Assembly: GCA_016839765.1 (NCBI GenBank)
Contig: JAEOTP010000007.1
Coordinates: 64,001-128,000 of the forward strand
Direction of reading: 5' to 3'
Source of the DNA: Promethearchaeota archaeon
GTDB lineage: Archaea; Asgardarchaeota; Lokiarchaeia; Sigyniarchaeales; SOKP01
Length of the DNA: 64,000 bases
In this document: positions 60,030 through 64,000 of the stretch, piece after piece
Layout of the letters: each line of letters starts with the position of its first letter
Numbering within the stretch: the stretch's first letter is position 1
Notes under the pieces: model-generated
The model's database searches: none
What the model was told of the DNA's origin: nothing
The model's input: only the letters and a program-made list of their open reading frames with translations
Position numbers and translations under genes: made by a program

Positions 60030-60719
60030 TTATAAAGACATGTAATAATCCAAAGCTGAATCAATGTGAATTTCTATTGTATCTAATAATTTCAATTTAC
60101 AATCTTTTTGTTTTAGTATCAATGGAAGCTCAGTACATCCTAAAATTACTCCATCTACATCATAATTACTTATAATCTCTAATAATCTTTGTCTACTTTC
60201 TGAATTAAGTATGCCAATAACTAATTCGTCAAATATGATATTATCTATCTCGTTTTGCTCTTTATCTAATGGGGTTATTACCTTCATCCCGACTGCGTTG
60301 AATTCTTCTTGGTAAAAGGTAGATTGCATGGTAAATTTGATACCTAATAATAGCAATTTCCTCATATTTTCTTTCTTTGCCTTTTCTGCCGTTGCTTTTA
60401 CTATGCTAAGAAGTGGAACCTTTGCCCGACTCTTCAAATCTTCATAAACTGCGTGAGGAGAATTGGCGGCCATGTATATAAAATCTACTCCTGCATTCTC
60501 TAATGAGTTTATTCCTTCCATTAAATATTCTATATACTTTTCTTTTTTTTTTCCCAGCTCATAATCTATTACTTTTTGAAAATTTAGACTAAATATAACA
60601 ACTTCCGGATAAGAATAATTATGTTCTTTTTCATAGTATTTCTCCAAGAATAATTGGTAATATTTTAAGGTAGATTCATATGACATTCCTCCAAGCAATC
60701 CAACCCTAGCATTTTTCAT
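60030..60719 (-). CDS. Aspartate/glutamate racemase family protein (single-Cys type)
   Basis: GLLGGMSYEST, AANSPH, LGCTELP motifs. Confidence 0.9.
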   Translation of the reverse strand: MKNARVGLLGGMSYESTLKYYQLFLEKYYEKEHNYSYPEVVIFSLNFQKVIDYELGKKKEKYIEYLMEGINSLENAGVDFIYMAANSPHAVYEDLKSRAKVPLLSIVKATAEKAKKENMRKLLLLGIKFTMQSTFYQEEFNAVGMKVITPLDKEQNEIDNIIFDELVIGILNSESRQRLLEIISNYDVDGVILGCTELPLILKQKDCKLKLLDTIEIHIDSALDYYMSL

Positions 60720-60948
60720 TTTTTTAACCTTTTAGTTTATGATCTGTTTTAATTGATACTTGAATAATAAAATTGCATTGTTTTTATCAATACTAGGTTC
60801 TTAAAAATTGAATATATCTAAATTTTCGTGAAATGCCGATTTATTTAGATTTTATGGTGTATTTCAATAAAAAGTGATTAAAAGGTATACTTATTTTAAT
60901 TTAGAACAAATTGTTGTTTAAATATATTTAATACAATCTAAATTTAGT

Positions 60949-61425
60949 ATGGAAGATGAAAATATAGAAACTCTTAAAAATTTTCTAGTAGGAAAAGAGA
61001 AAGAAAAAAAACTTAAAAAATGCACTAAATGTAAGCAAACTTTTCCTGCTACGTCTGAATTTTTCTATAAACATAGCAGCAGAAAAGATGGTCTTGATTC
61101 TTGGTGTAAAGAGTGTAAGAGAGAATATGATAATAAACATTATAAAATAAAGAACTACAATATTACAATTAAAGAATATAACAAATTAATAAAAAAACAG
61201 AATAATAGATGTGCAATATGTGGTATTGATTTTGATTTTCTTGATAAAATTAGGAACTACAACAAAGTTCCAGGGATTGGTAAACCAAGAATAGATCATG
61301 ATCACAAAAGAGGAAAAATAAGAGGGCTTTTATGCGATGATTGTAATACTGCGTTAGGAATATTCCAAGAAAATCCTCTAATTTTAATTAAGGCAATTAA
61401 ATATATACAAAAACATAAAAAATAA
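60949..61425 (+). CDS. Endonuclease VII-type His-Me finger nuclease with N-terminal Zn finger
   Basis: CTKC...F...DGL.SWCKEC; Q...CAIC...IDHDH..GKIRGLLC..CN..LG. Confidence 0.9.
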   Translation: MEDENIETLKNFLVGKEKEKKLKKCTKCKQTFPATSEFFYKHSSRKDGLDSWCKECKREYDNKHYKIKNYNITIKEYNKLIKKQNNRCAICGIDFDFLDKIRNYNKVPGIGKPRIDHDHKRGKIRGLLCDDCNTALGIFQENPLILIKAIKYIQKHKK

Positions 61426-61726
61426 AAAAAATTAGCTCCCCTAAATCAAGTAATATTGATTCTTTTTAATCTCTTTAAAGGACTTTTGAGTTTTTTATTT
61501 AACGGAGTTTTTATTATCATTAATTCCAATAACAGCAACTAGCGACACTTCCTTTTTATTTAACTTATATAAGCGTCTTATGTAGAATTTAAATGTGCCG
61601 ATTTCGCGTTTTAATATATTGCTTTAGATAATATTTCAATAAATATCTAGATATTACAATCTAAATTTTAAAATTCATAGTAAAAGCAAGAAATATCCCA
61701 AACAAATAACTTTTTTAGCTATTAAA

Positions 61727-61830
61727 TGGTGGAGCTGGGGGGAATTGAACCCCCGGCCTTACGCATGCCAAGCGTACGATCTTCCATTTATCCTGAGGTT
61801 TAAAATTATCTCAGTCTAATCCACAGCCCC
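61727..61830 (-). tRNA. tRNA-Ala(GGC) with 29-nt D-loop intron (61787-61815) and encoded CCA
   Basis: GGGGCTG/CAGCTCC stem with G3:U70; TACGC-TTGGCAT-GCGTA; GGGGG-TTCAATT-CCCCC; removing the intron gives D arm GATT-AGTGGAA-GATC. Confidence 0.93.
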
Positions 61831-61960
61831 TCTTGTTATAAAATGTAAATGTTGAGAAAAGCCGACAGTAAGATAAACTAATCATTAATCTTAAAAAAAA
61901 ATTATGTTTTTTTGAAATATTAAAAAAATAAATAAATAGCTATTTTATTATTTGATACCT

Positions 61961-64000
61961 ATGAAAAAAAATTTTATCAATCTAAAAAAAATACTTATTA
62001 CAACAGTACTAATAATAACTGTATTAACACCGGTTTTTGGAATTAATGCTTTTTTCAGTCAAAATAGACTTTCTGGGGAAAACCTGAAGTTTGATATTAA
62101 TACTTTAAATTTACCTTCAGAATTACAATCAATCTCAAAATCTTCTATTCAAAATTTAGACTCTGATAAAAGCATTTTTGATGAGGATTTAAATCAATAC
62201 CTAAAGGCCAAGACTTTTGAACAAAATCCTGAAGAAAAAGTAAAAATAATAATTTTATTTGATGACAGAACTGATAAATTGGGGAGAATTAACGCAATTA
62301 ATTCAGTATTAGATAATTATGAAATGATCGCTAATTATGATATAATTCCTGGAATTTATTTATCGTGTGATCCAAATGAATTAATTTCAAAAGCAGATCA
62401 ACTAAAAGAAGTTAGTTCCCTTCAAAAGATCTATAAATCAAAACTTTATACGCTAGATTCTACCGCAAATCTAAAATCAAGCGCATTAGATAGTGGAAAT
62501 TATCCCAATTGGTGGATACCAGCTATAGATGCAGAAAATCTAGTCTATGATGGCTCTGGTGTAAGAGTTGCAGTAATTGATTCTGGTATATATGATCATC
62601 CGAATTTAAATCTTATATTAAGCCGAAATTTTGTCTATGGGGAAAGTCAATTTGAAATAAACGATACTAATGGACATGGTACACATTGCGCGGGGATAAT
62701 TGGTGGTGATGGAAGTAGTTCAGGTGGAGAATATAGAGGGGTTGCTCCGGGGGTATCCTTAATTAACGCAAGAGCGGGAAATGCTGCGGGATATTTAGAA
62801 GAAGGTGATATTATTAGTGCAATTAATTGGAGTGTTCATCCTGCTGGTGCTGATGCAGATATAATTTCCATGAGTTTTGGAGGTGGCTTTCCGGATCCTA
62901 ATGAACCTTTCACAAAAGCAATTGAGAGTGCTGCTCAAAACTATGGAGTAATCCTGGTATCATCAGCAGGTAATTCTGGTCCAGACTACCTTACTGGTGG
63001 TTCACCGGCTTCAGGGTCTTATATAATTTCAGTAGGAGCTAGTGATAGCGATAACGAACTTGCTTCTTTTAGTAGTTGGGGCCCGACATATTCTTATATA
63101 GGGTTTCCTGATGTACTAGCACCGGGAGTAGATATTATTTCAACAGAAGCACCAAACACAGTGATTTCTGATGAACAACGCTATAAGCAAGAATTTTTTG
63201 ATTACTCAGGTAATGCAGATTATATCCCTCTAAGTGGAACAAGTATGGCTTGCCCCATGGTGGCTGGAGCATTGGCGATTTTAAAAGATGCTTATCCCAC
63301 CATTAATCCTGGGACTGCAAGGATTGCCTTGTTAGAAGGAGCGACAAAATTAGCAGAGCATAATTTCCTGAAATATGGTGCTGGAATCATTAATGTTTCT
63401 AAATCATTAGAAATTCTAAACCAAATCAGCATAGAAAGAGGGAATGTAAATAATATCACTAAAATATTTCCAGATGAAATACCACTTAAACCATATGACT
63501 TATTACATTTCCCAGGTGATCATCAAACATTCAATTTGACTTTACTTGCAGGTATAGGGATTACATATGATATAAATATCCCATCTGATATTGAAGGACT
63601 CTCAGTTTCTTTAGATAAACCTCAAATACTGTTTACTAATGTAAGTGTTGGTTTTATTACACTTGATATTAAAATAAATATGGATGCGGAACCTGGTATT
63701 AGAACATTTGAACTAAATGTAACTTCAGGATCTACGTTATATGATTCAATTGAGATTTCAATTAATGTGAAACTACCAGAATACAAAATACTGATGGAAT
63801 CATATCATGGTTTAAATGATTGGTTTCCGGAACTTTCTTTTTATCAAATGAGATTTTATGATGCAATGGATTACCTTTCAGAATTAAATATTTCAATTGA
63901 TTATGGTGCAGAATATTGGATGCCTTACTATAATAAGGATACTGATAATACATTATTAACTGAAGAAAAATTAGCTCAATACGATTTAATCGTATTACAG
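61961..64000 (+). CDS. Secreted S8 (subtilisin-like) serine protease, 3'-truncated by window edge
   Basis: Signal peptide, propeptide, VAVIDSG, HGTHCAG, SAGNSG, SGTSMACP; absent from the ORF track because no stop falls in the window. Confidence 0.95.
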   Translation, partial: MKKNFINLKKILITTVLIITVLTPVFGINAFFSQNRLSGENLKFDINTLNLPSELQSISKSSIQNLDSDKSIFDEDLNQYLKAKTFEQNPEEKVKIIILFDDRTDKLGRINAINSVLDNYEMIANYDIIPGIYLSCDPNELISKADQLKEVSSLQKIYKSKLYTLDSTANLKSSALDSGNYPNWWIPAIDAENLVYDGSGVRVAVIDSGIYDHPNLNLILSRNFVYGESQFEINDTNGHGTHCAGIIGGDGSSSGGEYRGVAPGVSLINARAGNAAGYLEEGDIISAINWSVHPAGADADIISMSFGGGFPDPNEPFTKAIESAAQNYGVILVSSAGNSGPDYLTGGSPASGSYIISVGASDSDNELASFSSWGPTYSYIGFPDVLAPGVDIISTEAPNTVISDEQRYKQEFFDYSGNADYIPLSGTSMACPMVAGALAILKDAYPTINPGTARIALLEGATKLAEHNFLKYGAGIINVSKSLEILNQISIERGNVNNITKIFPDEIPLKPYDLLHFPGDHQTFNLTLLAGIGITYDINIPSDIEGLSVSLDKPQILFTNVSVGFITLDIKINMDAEPGIRTFELNVTSGSTLYDSIEISINVKLPEYKILMESYHGLNDWFPELSFYQMRFYDAMDYLSELNISIDYGAEYWMPYYNKDTDNTLLTEEKLAQYDLIVLQ

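Noticed and set aside
266-63953. Numerous short ORFs antisense to or nested in longer genes (e.g. 266-562, 3512-3763, 4667-5032, 20074-20538, 38437-38778, 59304-59576, 63762-63953)
   Set aside because: They are shadows of well-supported genes, with no motifs or RBS
1-64000. CRISPR arrays, rRNA genes, intact transposases
   Set aside because: No regularly spaced repeats, rRNA-like segments or transposase motifs were seen

Overview
AT-rich archaeal chromosomal DNA, most likely from an Asgard archaeon (Lokiarchaeia/Promethearchaeia). The assignment rests on a gelsolin-domain protein, a Ras-superfamily GTPase coupled to a uDENN/longin-like protein, an IPGY-TM (Loki-CTERM-type) surface protein, PAC2, Nre, DUF2070 and GGTGA/GAGGTG ribosome-binding sites. 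The window holds about 57 CDS and two tRNA genes: Leu-CAG, and Ala-GGC with a 29-nt intron in the D-loop. It has a housekeeping-like left arm, an accessory zone at about 16.5-35 kb (MscS/CorA cluster, GC-richer hydrolase and oxidoreductase genes, vapBC, and a small island bounded by a partial nre duplication), and a metabolic/ESP-containing right arm ending in an S8 protease that runs off the window. Best leads: (1) an ECF transporter preceded by two membrane-anchored, Cys-less sulfite-oxidase-type Moco-binding-domain proteins, a candidate pterin-cofactor scavenging system; (2) a MoxR-VWA pair joined by a candidate -1 frameshift signal (G_GAU_UUU plus stem-loop); (3) a small GTPase coupled to a uDENN/longin-winged-helix fusion; (4) at least three genes that appear to start at ATT/ATC; (5) a coupled coiled-coil/winged-helix pair; (6) the non-canonical tRNA intron; (7) an orphan structured intergenic element. 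All family assignments come from motif recognition by eye; no searches were run.
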